A stretch of 63,981 bases of DNA, filler included, from Octopus bimaculoides (lineage: Eukaryota), in assembly GCF_001194135.2 (NCBI RefSeq). It is 8 parts of 8 records of this genome, joined end to end, with 100 filler letters (N's around TTAATTAATTAA, not from the genome) between each part and the next. Parts side by side here need not be neighbours in the genome. Positions count along the whole stretch, not along the records: positions 33,756 to 43,361 come from NC_068988.1; positions 43,462 to 47,166 come from NC_069003.1; positions 47,267 to 51,043 come from NC_068985.1; 5 more parts are not named here. One strand, given 5' to 3'. The notes beneath the pieces are model-generated. The model saw only the letters and a list, made by a program, of their open reading frames with translations. It was not told the origin of the DNA and ran no database searches. The number at the start of each line of letters is the position of its first letter. Position 1 is the stretch's first letter. Of the stretch, positions 34,505-49,380 are shown in pieces. A program made the position numbers and the translations under genes.

Positions 34505-35555
34505 ACACACACACATACGCACACACATACTCGGCTCAGTGTCACGCAATACCATATGTTTCTGTGATTTGACATAAAATTTCCATAAATCACAATTGTT
34601 CTGTACCTATATAAGTATTCTTTCTATTCCGAAATTATCTCCAAAATTCTTAAGTATATCAATTCAAGATTAACATCAAAGCACAAAATTATTCTTCACT
34701 TTGAAAGAAGAATACTGCAAATTTTAATACGAGAAATAAGAGTTTGAATATGAAAGCTCATATTTGAATCCTTTAATAGTTGCATCAAATCAGCTGCGAT
34801 CATGCTGGGGCAGTTATTTAACCTATACAAGAAAGTAGTGTTATTTTAAAATCCTCAGTAATTGGTTCCTACATTATAAATCAATATCTGGGAAATTAAA
34901 TGTAGCAATAGTAACAGTAATAACCCTCTTGGAACTGATAATTAAAACATATAAAGTGTTTGAATATTTGGAAAATCTTTCGATCTCATAGAATAAATTA
35001 TTAAAGCCTCAGCTAGTTTATTAATGTTTATTTTAATGAGAAACATTATATTTGTTTCCTGAAATTCTTTAGTCTATATATTTAAGATATATTGAGCTTT
35101 GTCGATTGATGACATTACAATACATTGTTAGAAACTGTATCCTGTTGATGTTCTGATTCTTTATTGTATTTTTGCAAGAACTCAATAATTTCTTCACCAA
35201 CTGAAATAGATAAAGCAGATAGATTTGTTGAATGATAAGCGTATGTTGATAAAATTGCCATGGAAACAACAGAAATATATCTGTACATCTTCATTGGATA
35301 TTATCTAAATCACGATGTAACATTTAGGTTGAGTTATAGATCTATTAGCTATTATTCGAAGAAATACCATATATATATGAATGTACGCACACACACACAC
35401 GCACACACACACACACACACACACGCGCACACACACATTTATATATACATTCTTACGCATACATATTCATACATATGTATACATTTATGCACACATCATT
35501 TGTATATATGTCCATATATTCATATCTCTCCCCCCTCTCTCTCTCTCTCTCTCTG

Positions 35556-35602
<47 letters not shown>

Positions 35603-36991
35603 GAGTGGTTGAATATGAGTATGAAGCTATATGTATGCATGCATGTATTTGAAACAAAAATCTAATTGCTTTAAAACGATGAATTGGAATCAAGATCATA
35701 CAACGAAGCCCGAGAATGGAATCACGCATATCTTACTGAGAAATGAGTTAATTTAGCGAGATTTTGAAACAAACACATAGGGCAATCTGTCAACTATTAT
35801 TTTCCCCTTAATGTATGCTTTCGGATAATATATTTCTACCATTTAATCAATCATTAAAATCTTAATAGTGCTATGTATATCAATACATAATGCTACTTAA
35901 ATAGATAGATATTTACCCACATATATACATATGAAGATCTGATACAACATAAGGCAGGCAAAATAATAGAATATACATTATTGCATTTACCACCCCAAAG
36001 AAGAATGTATTCGTGAATAGAAAAATCTCCTAGAAACAAAATGTTATGAACGAAAGAAGCGGCTGTCACACGCCAAGTGGTAAATACCAAATTCACTCAA
36101 TCAATAAACATAACGATTCATCTAGTGGCCTTTAAGCAACGGTTTAAGTCGTTTGAAGATCGCCTCTTCATTTCTTAGGTTGCTGACCTTTCTATGAGTC
36201 GGCTTGTGCGTGATTATTGCGGTCTTCTCAGATCATTTGTCTAAGAGGTTTCGTAGCGACCATATCGATGATTTTATTTATTTATTTATTTATTTTTTAT
36301 TTATTTATTTATTTATTTTGTGTAACAGAAACGAGTACTGTTTGTTAATAATTACCGACGCAAAACTTTTCTTTCTTCCATCGAATGCGAACATTTCATA
36401 AGATCGACAATAATGGACTACAAAACATATCGAACAGTTAGATAGGATGTGTGGAAATGTGTACACTATTTACTCAGTAGATGTTCCTGTAACTTGTGTC
36501 AAAACAAACAAAAAGACATATAATCGAAGCAATTTCACCAGTAGTCTTCTCTACCTACATATATCAAGGACAACATTGAATCAGCACAACATCTTCTGTT
36601 TTAGAAGTCTATTTTGCTTATTTGATGAGTATGTGATTTCTGATTCCAGTCGTATGATTAGCCAAATAGAGGCTCCTAAAAGTGGTTCCATGATGCTCTC
36701 GTTCCCACAAGTGATCATAAATTACTGTCCTTTTGTTTGAGTGCTTTACACTGACTGCTTTTTATTAATAGGTGCAAATGACAAATAAATGGATTAGACC
36801 CCACCCCTGCCACACAAACACCTCTATGTGTGTGTGGTGTATATATATTTATAAGTATATATATATGTATAGATATACATATATATATATATATATATAT
36901 CTAAATGTATATATGTATATATCTATGTATGTATATATGTATCTTTATACACTCACCCATATAGATACACACACACACACACACACATATA

Positions 36992-37114
<123 letters not shown>

Positions 37115-38518
37115 CGATAATGCAATAAAACAATACTAAAGAAATAAGTGGTATTTTGTGTTGTTTTTTTGTTTTACCATATATTTCTGCTTCATGAAAG
37201 TTGGAATGATATATAGAAATAACTGATGTCCTGCTTTTACCTGAGCTAACGTTATTGGCAACGAAAGAATATAGCATTGAGAGCTGTATATACATTATAC
37301 ATCATAAGATATTCCCATATCTTATTCCTATCAATTTGCTTTCGTTTTTTTGCATGTAATTTATTATGTCGCAAAAAGATGTGGGTAAAAAGATGAAGTT
37401 TTAAGTGAAAATAACAATAAACTTGTTCGCAATTAGTATAGGCCTTTAATTCTGAGCTAAGATATACCATGTATCATAAACCAAAGCAAATTACTGTAAT
37501 TATGTCTGCATGTATGTGGGTTGTTGTTTTTTTGATACGGGAATTTATGTGCCAACACATAATACTAGATACCTTTTAGGTTCACACTGTGATCATAATT
37601 GCCTTTTGGATATTCTGTACACGATTCTTAATAAATGAGATTTATGTTCAACGAAATGTTTACGCATTTTATTCATGGAACAAAATCTCAACAACGTTTG
37701 TTTGGTGTTACATGTCAAGGTTGATTGACGTAGCACACCAATTTACAATGGCTTGCTCCATTTCAAAAGTATTAGCTTCAACATATTTTATTATATCAAA
37801 AAGTTGAAAAATAATCATCAAATTTCTGTATTCTCCTCTGTTTTTTTTCTTTCCAATTTGGTTTCAAATGAGAAAAAATGGTTAATAGCAAACGAACAAA
37901 AAAAAAACCATTTCGGTTTTTTTTTTTTGTTAGAATGAAAAGTGTGCGAAAGCAATCTCCTACGTACTCAGCATGAAATACGTCCACACTAATGCTTTCA
38001 CATATACATATAGTCACAAATACATACAATCACACATGCATATACACATATATAAATCGTGTGGAGTTTTTCTGTGAGTGAAACACTGACATTCTTTCTG
38101 TAATTCTTCATTAAATACATTGCTCTATTAATGTTATACCAGCAGATTTCTTACTGAGTAGAAGGAAAAGAAAAATACCTTCTAGTTAATGTGTCTATTA
38201 ATGCATTTCATATATTATTTTTATATACTGTCCCGGAAAGATCGACAACTAAATGGTTCCATTTATTCTAATGCATCAATAGAAATGCATTATCATCCTT
38301 ACTTTTATGTTCTATGAAGAATAAATATATGCAGCAGGCTACAGACACATATGCAAATGCACGTACGCATACGTACATAAACATCATCACATATGCATAA
38401 ATACATACAAATAATATGGCATATACATATGCATATATCCGGAGAAATTCCGATCACTGTTCGTTAAAGCTGATTTTATAAACAAATAATCAAACAATAA
38501 TTATGCTTGCTAGTGGAA

Positions 38519-38529
38519 ATAATGATAAC

Positions 38530-38599
<70 letters not shown>

Positions 38600-38709
38600 G
38601 TAATTATAATAATAGATATAACAATAACAATAATGATGAGGAGGATGAGGATGAGAATGATGATGATGAGGACGATGATGACGATGACGATGATGACGAT
38701 GATGATGAC

Positions 38710-38767
<58 letters not shown>

Positions 38768-38810
38768 GTGTAGGTGGTAATGATGCTGGTGCTGCTGCTA
38801 GTGCTGCTGC

Positions 38811-38856
<46 letters not shown>

Positions 38857-38990
38857 GGTGGTGGTGGTGGTGGCGGTTATGATGACGATGCTGATGATGC
38901 TGATGATGATGATGGTGATGATGTTGACGACGGTGAGGACGACGGCGAATATGGGGACGACGACGATGACGATGACGATGACGATGACGC
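38519..38990. repeat. Long in-phase compound trinucleotide array (AAT, GAT/GAC, GCT, GTT, GGT, GAT/GAC)
   Basis: Directly visible; source of the low-complexity ORFs at 38503-39238. Confidence 0.92.
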
Positions 38991-38994
38991 CTGT

Positions 38995-39135
38995 TGGTTA
39001 GATGGATGGATGGGTGGGTAGATGAATGGATGGATGGATGGATGGTTGGATGGATGGATGGATGGATGGAGAGTGACATGGATGGATGGAGAGTGACATG
39101 GATGGATGGAGAGTGACATGGATGGATGGACGGAT
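38995..39135. repeat. (GGAT)n with three copies of a 20-bp higher-order unit
   Basis: gagagtgacatggatggatg x3 at 39069-39128. Confidence 0.9.
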
Positions 39136-39449
39136 GTAGGTGAGACGTGACATAGATAAGTGAAGAGAAGTTAGAATAATAATAAAGAAATAATAATAAT
39201 GATCGTAAAGTAAACAAAACGAACATGCTCAACGCCACTTTATAGCAACACTGAAGAATAGGATGTTCGTTGTAAATTAATGTATTTCTGGAAGAGAATA
39301 AAGTACACTAGTAGTGATAAATAAGTGAATAAACAATAAACCGCCAATAGTTTCGAAGTAGTTAAAACTTCGAAAGAAGAGAAATGTGTTGAGCTTCGAA
39401 ATATAAACAGCACAGAATTTACTTTATCTTGTCTATATTTTATTGGTGT

Positions 39450-39614
39450 GGAAGTGTCTATGTGGTAACAAGTTTGCTTTCCAGCCACATGTTTCCGGTT
39501 TCAGTCTCACTACGTGGAACATTGGGCAAGTGCCTTCTATTATAGCTTTGGGTAGACCAAAGCCCTATGAATGAATCTGTAAAACGGAAACTGAATGAAT
39601 CCCGTCGTATATAT
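39450..39614 (+). mobile_element. SINE-A 5' half, ending at its internal TA tract and a gap
   Basis: gtggtaacaagtttgct...tttcagtctcactacgtgg...gggcaagtgccttcta...cggaaactgaatgaatcccgtcgtatatat. Confidence 0.82.
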
Positions 39615-42019
39615 NNNNNNNNNNNNNNNNNNNNNNNNNNNNNNNNNNNNNNNNNNNNNNNNNNNNNNNNNNNNNNNNNNNNNNNNNNNNNNNNNNNNNN
39701 NNNNNNNNNNNNNNNNNNNNNNNNNNNNNNNNNNNNNNNNNNNNNNNNNNNNNNNNNNNNNNNNNNNNNNNNNNNNNNNNNNNNNNNNNNNNNNNNNNNN
39801 NNNNNNNNNNNNNNNNNNNNNNNNNNNNNNNNNNNNNNNNNNNNNNNNNNNNNNNNNNNNNNNNNNNNNNNNNNNNNNNNNNNNNNNNNNNNNNNNNNNN
39901 NNNNNNNNNNNNNNNNNNNNNNNNNNNNNNNNNNNNNNNNNNNNNNNNNNNNNNNNNNNNNNNNNNNNNNNNNNNNNNNNNNNNNNNNNNNNNNNNNNNN
40001 NNNNNNNNNNNNNNNNNNNNNNNNNNNNNNNNNNNNNNNNNNNNNNNNNNNNNNNNNNNNNNNNNNNNNNNNNNNNNNNNNNNNNNNNNNNNNNNNNNNN
40101 NNNNNNNNNNNNNNNNNNNNNNNNNNNNNNNNNNNNNNNNNNNNNNNNNNNNNNNNNNNNNNNNNNNNNNNNNNNNNNNNNNNNNNNNNNNNNNNNNNNN
40201 NNNNNNNNNNNNNNNNNNNNNNNNNNNNNNNNNNNNNNNNNNNNNNNNNNNNNNNNNNNNNNNNNNNNNNNNNNNNNNNNNNNNNNNNNNNNNNNNNNNN
40301 NNTGTAAGCACACCAATCCCCAACACACCACACACACACAACACATATGCATGCACTCACACACTCAGACTCGCCCACACACTTATACAAACGCACATAC
40401 ACACGCCCACTTGCGCATACACACACACGCTAACAATCACGCAAACATAGACACACACACACACCCAAACATACACACCCTTGCACACATAACCCACATA
40501 TACCCCCATTCACAAATACCTCCCATACACCTGACAACCCATACATACCCACATTCACACATACCTCCCATACACTTACACACACACCTCCCACACACCT
40601 TACATATATACCGCCCACATACATGACAGACATACATACGCGCCCTCACACACACATAGCCGAACGACAATATATACACACACACACCCATATATACGCG
40701 CACGCCTACATACACAGCGGCATACACATGCACACACATACACACAGGAGTGCACACACAAAATAACAGACATACCTGGCACACATACGCACGCACACAC
40801 ATAAACACACACATACACNNNNNNNNNNNNNNNNNNNNNNNNNNNNNNNNNNNNNNNNNNNNNNNNNNNNNNNNNNNNNNNNNNNNNNNNNNNNNNNNNN
40901 NNNNNNNNNNNNNNNNNNNNNNNNNNNNNNNNNNNNNNNNNNNNNNNNNNNNNNNNNNNNNNNNNNNNNNNNNNNNNNNNNNNNNNNNNNNNNNNNNNNN
41001 NNNNNNNNNNNNNNNNNNNNNNNNNNNNNNNNNNNNNNNNNNNNNNNNNNNNNNNNNNNNNNNNNNNNNNNNNNNNNNNNNNNNNNNNNNNNNNNNNNNN
41101 NNNNNNNNNNNNNNNNNNNNNNNNNNNNNNNNNNNNNNNNNNNNNNNNNNNNNNNNNNNNNNNNNNNNNNNNNNNNNNNNNNNNNNNNNNNNNNNNNNNN
41201 NNNNNNNNNNNNNNNNNNNNNNNNNNNNNNNNNNNNNNNNNNNNNNNNNNNNNNNNNNNNNNNNNNNNNNNNNNNNNNNNNNNNNNNNNNNNNNNNNNNN
41301 NNNNNNNNNNNNNNNNNNNNNNNNNNNNNNNNNNNNNNNNNNNNNNNNNNNNNNNNNNNTATCACATACACACTCGCAGACTTTCGCACACGCACAGATA
41401 TTCATCTCCCTCTTTCACTCTCCTGTCTTAGAAAGAACTTTTCCCCCACCACCTCTTCTTCCGGTCTTTTCATAATGTAACCTCGTGGGCATCGGTACCA
41501 TTTTCCTCTTTCTCCGTTCTTCCATTCTCCGAACTTTCCATCTTTCCGACGAAAGGCTACGCCCGAAACGTCATACACTCTCTCTTTCCTTTCCTGAGCG
41601 TCCAATAATACTATCCATATCACGTCCTCACTTTGTTGTTTTTTTGTTTTTTTGTTATTGTTTTTTTTAACTATATATATATGTATATATATATGTATGC
41701 TGAGACCCCTTCGGTCATAACTGAAAATACCATGGGACTGCACCTAGAAAGTTATATATATATATATTTATATATTTCATATCTGTTTCATATCTTCTTT
41801 AGAATAACTATTGTTTAACCATTTTCTCGCAGCGTCTTTGATGAAGTGATATATAAAATATCTCGGAAACAGCTGTAAAACCTCTGTATAAATGTTCTGA
41901 AATATTTCACAGCCTTGAATTTTTATCGCATTCTGTTAATTTATATATATATATATACACATACATACATATATACTATATATATAAAGACATGTATGTG
42001 TATATATGCATATATCTAT

Positions 42020-42235
42020 GTGTCTATGTCTATGTCTGTGTTTGACCTGCACGACCGCTTCACAACCGGTATTGGTGTGTTTACGTCCTCGTAACGTAGC
42101 GGTTTGGGAAAATGAGTGTGATGCGATAAGTATTAGGCTTTAAAATTAAGTACTGTGGTCGGTTTGTACGACTAAAACCCCTTGAAGGCGGTGCCCCAGT
42201 ATGGCCGTAGTCCAGTGGCTGAAACATGGAAACGA
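42020..42235 (+). mobile_element. SINE-A-type 3' tail
   Basis: ggtgtgtttacgtcctcgtaacgtagcgg...gataagtattaggc...ggcggtgccccagtatggccgtagtc. Confidence 0.82.
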
Positions 42236-43048
42236 TTTCAGCTTCCAATAACTTTCGTTTGGTGTGGATATAGTACTTCTTATATACTAGTACTATATTT
42301 AATTTAGTTAGCTTTGGTTCTTTGAGTGACATTTTGGTTTGATGGCTGGAAGTCAAAAATCAATATACTTTAAGAGTTTCAAATAAAATTTAAAGGGTCA
42401 TAAACCAAACAACATTATTACGATATTTAATGATCAGCTACAAAGCTGAAGCTAAACGACGTAGCAGGATGCTACAAACGTTGTTGAATTAGTAGAACTT
42501 CGAATTTAACGAATAAAAAGCATTGATCAGAAATTCTTACAGAAGTAGAGAGGATTTGCCATGTTCATTTAAATGTAGAAAGCAAATAAAAGCAATAAAG
42601 AAAACAAGACGAAGCGAAGCAAAACAGGTATGACAAATTCTAGAAAATTTTACATGAAGTAGCTGATGTTTCAGCAGCCAACTGAAGACTAAAGAAAGAA
42701 GGGGAACCGACAAAGAAAAATAGAGAAAATGGCAGAAACGGAAAGAAAGAGTAAGGTAAGAGACAATGTTTTCGGAATACGACTCATCCAGTTTGGATTT
42801 AAAAAATTAAAAAATACTTTAAAAAATACTTTAAAAAAAAACTGCTGAAATTGCAAAAAAGGCAATTGCATAGAGATTTTTGCACATAGATTGAATTAAA
42901 CGAATGACTTGTTTGGTGTCTCTTGGTTGCATTGTTTCCTTCATAGCACTGTAGAAAGACAAACACAAAATAGTACTTTCAGCTGCCGACTATAGGAAGA
43001 GTTAATGTGAGATAGGGGGAAGTATGGTGCAAGCAAATAATACAAATG

Positions 43049-43090
<42 letters not shown>

Positions 43091-43103
43091 CTACTACTAC
43101 TAC

Positions 43104-43138
<35 letters not shown>

Positions 43139-43279
43139 TATTACAAGTATATATAACATACAGAAAATTGCACTACTGGGTACTGCACACATCCTACGCA
43201 AAACACTTTCAATACAGTAACCATAAGAGCACCAAAGCAATCGGTAGTGAAGTGAAAGCACGCTATAAAAATGAAACTA

Positions 43280-43282
<3 letters not shown>
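43139..43282 (+). mobile_element. Extremely 5'-truncated R4/Dong-like LINE embedded in (AAT)n
   Basis: YNIQKIALLGTAHILRKTLSIQ* (43152-43220) and a 62-bp UTR, with (AAT)n on both sides (43104-43138 and 43283-43350). Confidence 0.8.
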
Positions 43283-43352
<70 letters not shown>

Positions 43353-43468
43353 GAACAACAGNNNNNNNNNNNNNNNNNNNNNNNNNNNNNNNNNNNNNNN
43401 NNNNNTTAATTAATTAANNNNNNNNNNNNNNNNNNNNNNNNNNNNNNNNNNNNNNNNNNNNTTATTAC

Positions 43469-43499
<31 letters not shown>

Positions 43500-43531
43500 G
43501 CTATTACTATGATGATTATTATTATTATTAT

Positions 43532-43564
<33 letters not shown>

Positions 43565-43575
43565 TATTAGTATTT

Positions 43576-43622
<47 letters not shown>

Positions 43623-43884
43623 TCTATATTAATGCAGTTTGTCTGAGTCAATTCTAGACTATATGCTTTGCAGGCGACATTAATCATTTCAAAACTGATA
43701 AACTTTCAATGGCAGTTTAAGCGGTTTATTTACGTTTATATGCGTGTATGTATGTATGTATGTATGTATGTATGTATGTATGCGTGTGTGTATATACATA
43801 AAATATATGTATATGTATGTATGTATATATATATATAGAGATGTAGATATAGATATATACACATACACTCACATTCACACACAA

Positions 43885-43917
<33 letters not shown>

Positions 43918-44292
43918 CGTATGCACATATATATATATATACATATATGTGTGTTCATGTTATAGTGTCGTTGGTTACAGGTTACCAAACCAGTTACTAA
44001 CAGGTATATTTATATATCGACGGCAAAATTGACAGGGAGCCGTCTGTAACCCGCTGCAGAACAAATATTGCAAGAGATTTAACCCTAGGGGGAGTGGTTT
44101 TCTAGTATTGTCGGCGATATTAACATCTTTTACCGATATACACAGGGGAAGAATATACACAACATGTGCATATCATGCATGCACGCATAATACATACATA
44201 CATACATGCATACATACATACTTACGTGAGCATTTGTAAGAGAGAAAGTTGCTATAGAATACATTTGCGTAACTATATATACATATATATGC

Positions 44293-44332
<40 letters not shown>

Positions 44333-45221
44333 NNNNNNNNNNNNNNNNNNNNNNNNNNNNNNNNNNNNNNNNNNNNNNNNNNNNNNNNNNNNNNNNNNNN
44401 NNNNNNNNNNNNNNNNNNNNNNNNNNNNNNNNNNNNNNNNNNNNNNNNNNNNNNNNNNNNNNNNNNNNNNNNNNNNNNNNNNNNNNNNNNNNNNNNNNNN
44501 NNNNNNNNNNNNNNNNNNNNNNNNNNNNNNNNNNNNNNNNNNNNNNNNNNNNNNNNNNNNNNNNNNNNNNNNNNNNNNNNNNNNNNNNNNNNNNNNNNNN
44601 NNNNNNNNNNNNNNNNNNNNNNNNNNNNNNNNNNNNNNNNNNNNNNNNNNNNNNNNNNNNNNNNNNNNNNNNNNNNNNNNNNNNNNNNNNNNNNNNNNNN
44701 NNNNNNNNNNNNNNNNNNNNNNNNNNNNNNNNNNNNNNNNNNNNNNNNNNNNNNNNNNNNNNNNNNNNNNNNNNNNNNNNNNNNNNNNNNNNNNNNNNNN
44801 NNNNNNNNNNNNNNNNNNNNNNNNNNNNNNNNNNNNNNNNNNNNNNNNNNNNNNNNNNNNNNNNNNNNNNNNNNNNNNNNNNNNNNNNNNNNNNNNNNNN
44901 NNNNNNNNNNNNNNNNNNNNNNNNNNNNNNNNNNNNNNNNNNNNNNNNNNNNNNNNNNNNNNNNNNNNNNNNNNNNNNNNNNNNNNNNNNNNNNNNNNNN
45001 NNNNNNNNNNNNNNNNNNNNNNNNNNAGAGAGAGAGAGAAAGCGCCTGATATTATTTCCAGGCGTTCCTTTGCTTCAGCTGTACTAATATAAAGCTATCT
45101 ATTGAGATTAATACATATAAATTGTATATCTTATATAGAATCTATATGTCTTTATTTATACTAGCCAATAAACCTTCATTATAATTACGAGGCATTTAAT
45201 CTTATAATTCTGCGCGCGCGC

Positions 45222-45285
<64 letters not shown>

Positions 45286-46563
45286 TATTCAAATCTGCAT
45301 TCCTGTAAGTTTCATGGGCTTAAAAATGTCTGATCGTTCAGATGCTGTGTATCTACGTGGCAAAGCAGCCATTAGTTAGCTGTTATTGACTTATATAAAG
45401 AGAGCGTTCGTATTAGTCTGTGTCACATTCTAAAGTTAGTATTTAGACTACAAGCAGACGACTGCTGCTGTATTGTAAGGGCTGTTTTGTATTGATAAAC
45501 ATCTATTGTATGGGATGGGGAACTCACACACTAGATCAAAGTCGTTTCACTCGTTTTCTTTAGAAATTTCAGCAAATATTCCACTATACTTCAGTAAGAA
45601 TTATAAAACCGCACTATTAACTAATGGCTTAAAGTAAGTAAATAGTGATCTCCGTTGGTGACAGTAGTATGAAAGTTTAGTGGTTTTTGAAGGATACAAG
45701 GAGTGGTTTTTGAAGGATACGAATTTCGAGTTTGTAGGGATTTTCTTTTCGAATATGTTCCATTTTATGTTCATTTCTTTAGTTGTAGAGTCTCCATATA
45801 AAGTGTCATCTACGTGACAGGGAAAGAATATAGGTGTTCATTAAAGCTTCCTTTAAAGGCGTTGGTTGTTTATCCCGTACAATTTCTCGACAAAAGGAGA
45901 ACGTATGAGCCTACAAACCGTTGCTTTCGAACGGCAGAATACTTTCAGTGGATTTATTTCAACAGTTGCAGGTGGGTGCTTCGGATAGAAGATGCATTGA
46001 TGTCTGTTGTTTCTTTTTCTTGTGGCTCGCGGTGTTGAAATCGATGTTGTCTAGACATAAGTAATTAAACAGAACATTATGGATATTATACCTATCTCTA
46101 AGTAAAACAGGCTTCATACCACCTCTTACATAAAACTAACTTACACAGGAAAAATGCAATAGACAAATTTAATTCTTTATATCTTCTCTTGTATCAACGT
46201 GTTGTGGAGCGTGTAACATTCAAGCTGTCGTTCCCATTCTTTAAGATAGTTCTCGGTGATATGAAGGTACGGAGAGCCGAGCAGCTCGGGAATTGAACTC
46301 CTGATCGCAAGGCCATGTGTTCGATACACGGGTCGACTAATTGTACGTTGTGTGCTTAAAGAAAGACACTTTATTTTAAGTTATTCCAGCTCTTTCATAT
46401 AAAAACAATCATTAGCAGTAAAGGGAAGATAACTATGGAACAGACTAACGTCTTGTGCCGGGAGGAGTCTTAAATGCTTGTTCGTTCAACACGATAAAAA
46501 CAGAATTTATCCCCGGTCTAATGAACCGAAAATCTTCTAGAGATGGACTTCAACATTTTAGTG

Positions 46564-46614
<51 letters not shown>

Positions 46615-46837
46615 CTGTCTCCTTCTTCTCCTGACACCAAACATTTCACACAGAGATGCCTCATCTAAGTTAAGTTTCCGAACGCAAAGCTAAAAATATC
46701 GACAGGAATAAAATAGATCTCGATTCAAATTCGACAGCATTGTGTTGTAAACATAGTAATGTAATTCTTCGACAATGCTGGAATTTTTATTTCCAAATAC
46801 TTTCGACATACCTTTCTCTATATGTTTGTGTGTGTGT

Positions 46838-46869
<32 letters not shown>

Positions 46870-47266
46870 AACTGTACGTGTGCGCGCGTGTAAGAGACAA
46901 AGAGAGGAGAGAGACCAAGAGGTGAACAGATATAAAGCATACATCTATCTATATCCATCCAACCATCTATCTATCTGTCAATCTATCTATCTATCTATCT
47001 GTTTATTTGTCTATCTATTTATATATCTTTCTATCTGATTATTTGTCTATCTATTTATATATCTGTCTATCGATTTATCTATCTAAATCTATTTTTCTAT
47101 TTATGTATCTATATCTATCTATATCAATATCTATCTATCTATCTATCTAACTGTATATATATATATNNNNNNNNNNNNNNNNNNNNNNNNNNNNNNNNNN
47201 NNNNNNNNNNTTAATTAATTAANNNNNNNNNNNNNNNNNNNNNNNNNNNNNNNNNNNNNNNNNNNN

Positions 47267-47321
<55 letters not shown>

Positions 47322-49380
47322 ACATAACACATACCTATCTGCATATAAATACATACAAGTGCGCGTGTGTGTGTGTTTCTAAGATGAATTGTCTTTAAGC
47401 TAGCGACGTGTTTCGGTGAACTTTCAGCAAGACAAATATGTTTTCGTACTTTCAGTGATGCTATTTCTGTGAATTCAATATTGAGCAATAATAGCACCAT
47501 TCGCGCAAATTAATTTTTTTCCGACGCAAACACGACTTAGTATTTGAAAGATTTCCATCATTCTAGTGTCATGTACCCAGAGGAATTAGCTTTGTTGCCA
47601 TACCAATTAAGGCTTCCAATTCATGCATCATCTCTAAAGAAATTTGGACCGACAGAATGTATGAATAGCGAAGCCATATTTGTGCGTGATTAACTGCGTA
47701 CGTATTTATGGAAAACTATAGAAGGAAAACGGTTCTTTTTTATGGGCTTCTGTTGATTTAGTACCTGTGGTACCAAAATTCGTCGGGAAGAAATAGCCGC
47801 TGAAAACAAAGTCTATTTGAAAATTGTACACTGCTCTGACGGATACACACACGTACCCTCGCACACGTACACATGCATATACTTCAAAATGACACTTATA
47901 TCGACATGAAGAGCAGCCATTCTTTGACTTGTGACCGCTTTTTCACATTACAATTCATAGGCAAAGCATTTGCAATCGCAAAACTACAGATTTGCACAAA
48001 ATATTCTATGAATAAAAGACACAGGGAAGGCTTAGCTCCCCTGCTGATGTTTAGATCTTTTCTAAAATCAAATAGTAAGAAGATAACTGTGGACAACTGC
48101 TTCAAAAGATCGTGACGTTATACCCAAATGATAAATTATCACTCATAACGAAAATGATTGGTACACTTAATTTTGTGGGTAAAATCATAAGTGACAATCT
48201 GGAACAGCTAGACTTTTCCGGATAAGAATTCAACCAGCTAACGCGGACATTAAAGATACAGTTTGTAAGCGTAACAGTTTAAAATTGACAAAACTTTTTA
48301 TAAGTTCCAACTGTGAATTTTCTTTTATCTACATTTCAGTGATGTAGTTTTTTTTTTTTTTTAGAACCCGGCACCTTTGTGTGTGAAGGTCTTTATTTTT
48401 ATGTGTGTCTTACATCACCTCTTGAAAATAAGTGTTAGTTTGTTCGCTTTTCCGTAACTGAGCAGTCCATCAAAAAGGCAGAGAGATTAACCACTGACCT
48501 TAAAAATAACCTCAGAGATGGATTGGCTCTCAAAACGCTTTCGATGCCGTACAGTGATGCATGCATACTCCTCCGTATAGAAGACTAAGATTTGATGCTG
48601 ACAAATGTTTTATCAATGTGAGTAGAAGTGAGCATACTGGCGTACTATAAACGTGTAATCGAATAAGGATCAATATAAGTTAGAAATACCCAGATCTTCC
48701 TTCGTTAAAATAAACGAACTAGTCAGTACAGTAATTTTTTATATACTTCACGTTTGTCCTGAAATATAGTTCATATATTTAGACACTCATACACGAATAT
48801 GCATAATCCCCGTAAGTATATGCATTATTAGCTATATGTAGGTGTGTCTTTATTTACAAGTAACGCAATATATGTAAATATGTATCTGTCATTTGAGTGA
48901 GTTATAATATTTAAGAGGATAAAAATTAAAAAAAACACATGTGCATCGTTCCATGAACAGATGTATACATATGCTATTAAGGAGATAATATTTATTGCTC
49001 ATCTGAACATCAATAGATAAACAAATATTATTTCGTTTCATATATTTAAGGAAGCAAAAAATATATTTGTGATTATAAATCAAAAACGTTATATCAATTC
49101 ATACGTAGCGTATAATACATGCATATATCTGTATGTAATACAGGTATTGGAATGTTTGCGCACATACAGAATGGAAAGAGAACGCACCGTGTATAAGTTG
49201 CTATATGTGCATATGTGTGTGTGAGCGTGTGTCCCACTAATTAATGAATCATTTGTACTATACTAAAGTTGTAGGCACGAGCAAACACACACACACACAC
49301 ACACACGTACGCATACACTCATCACCCACATAGACGCACGCACACATCATTAGTCATGTATATATGCATATTCTACAAGA

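Noticed and set aside
38503-39021. 172-aa poly-N/D/A/V/G ORF as a real acidic protein
   Set aside because: Pure microsatellite codon usage, with no splice or unique-domain support.
47405-47427. Minus-strand ctgaaag ttcacc GAAA cacgtc as a hammerhead
   Set aside because: The core needs two indels and there is no stem I; too degenerate to support.
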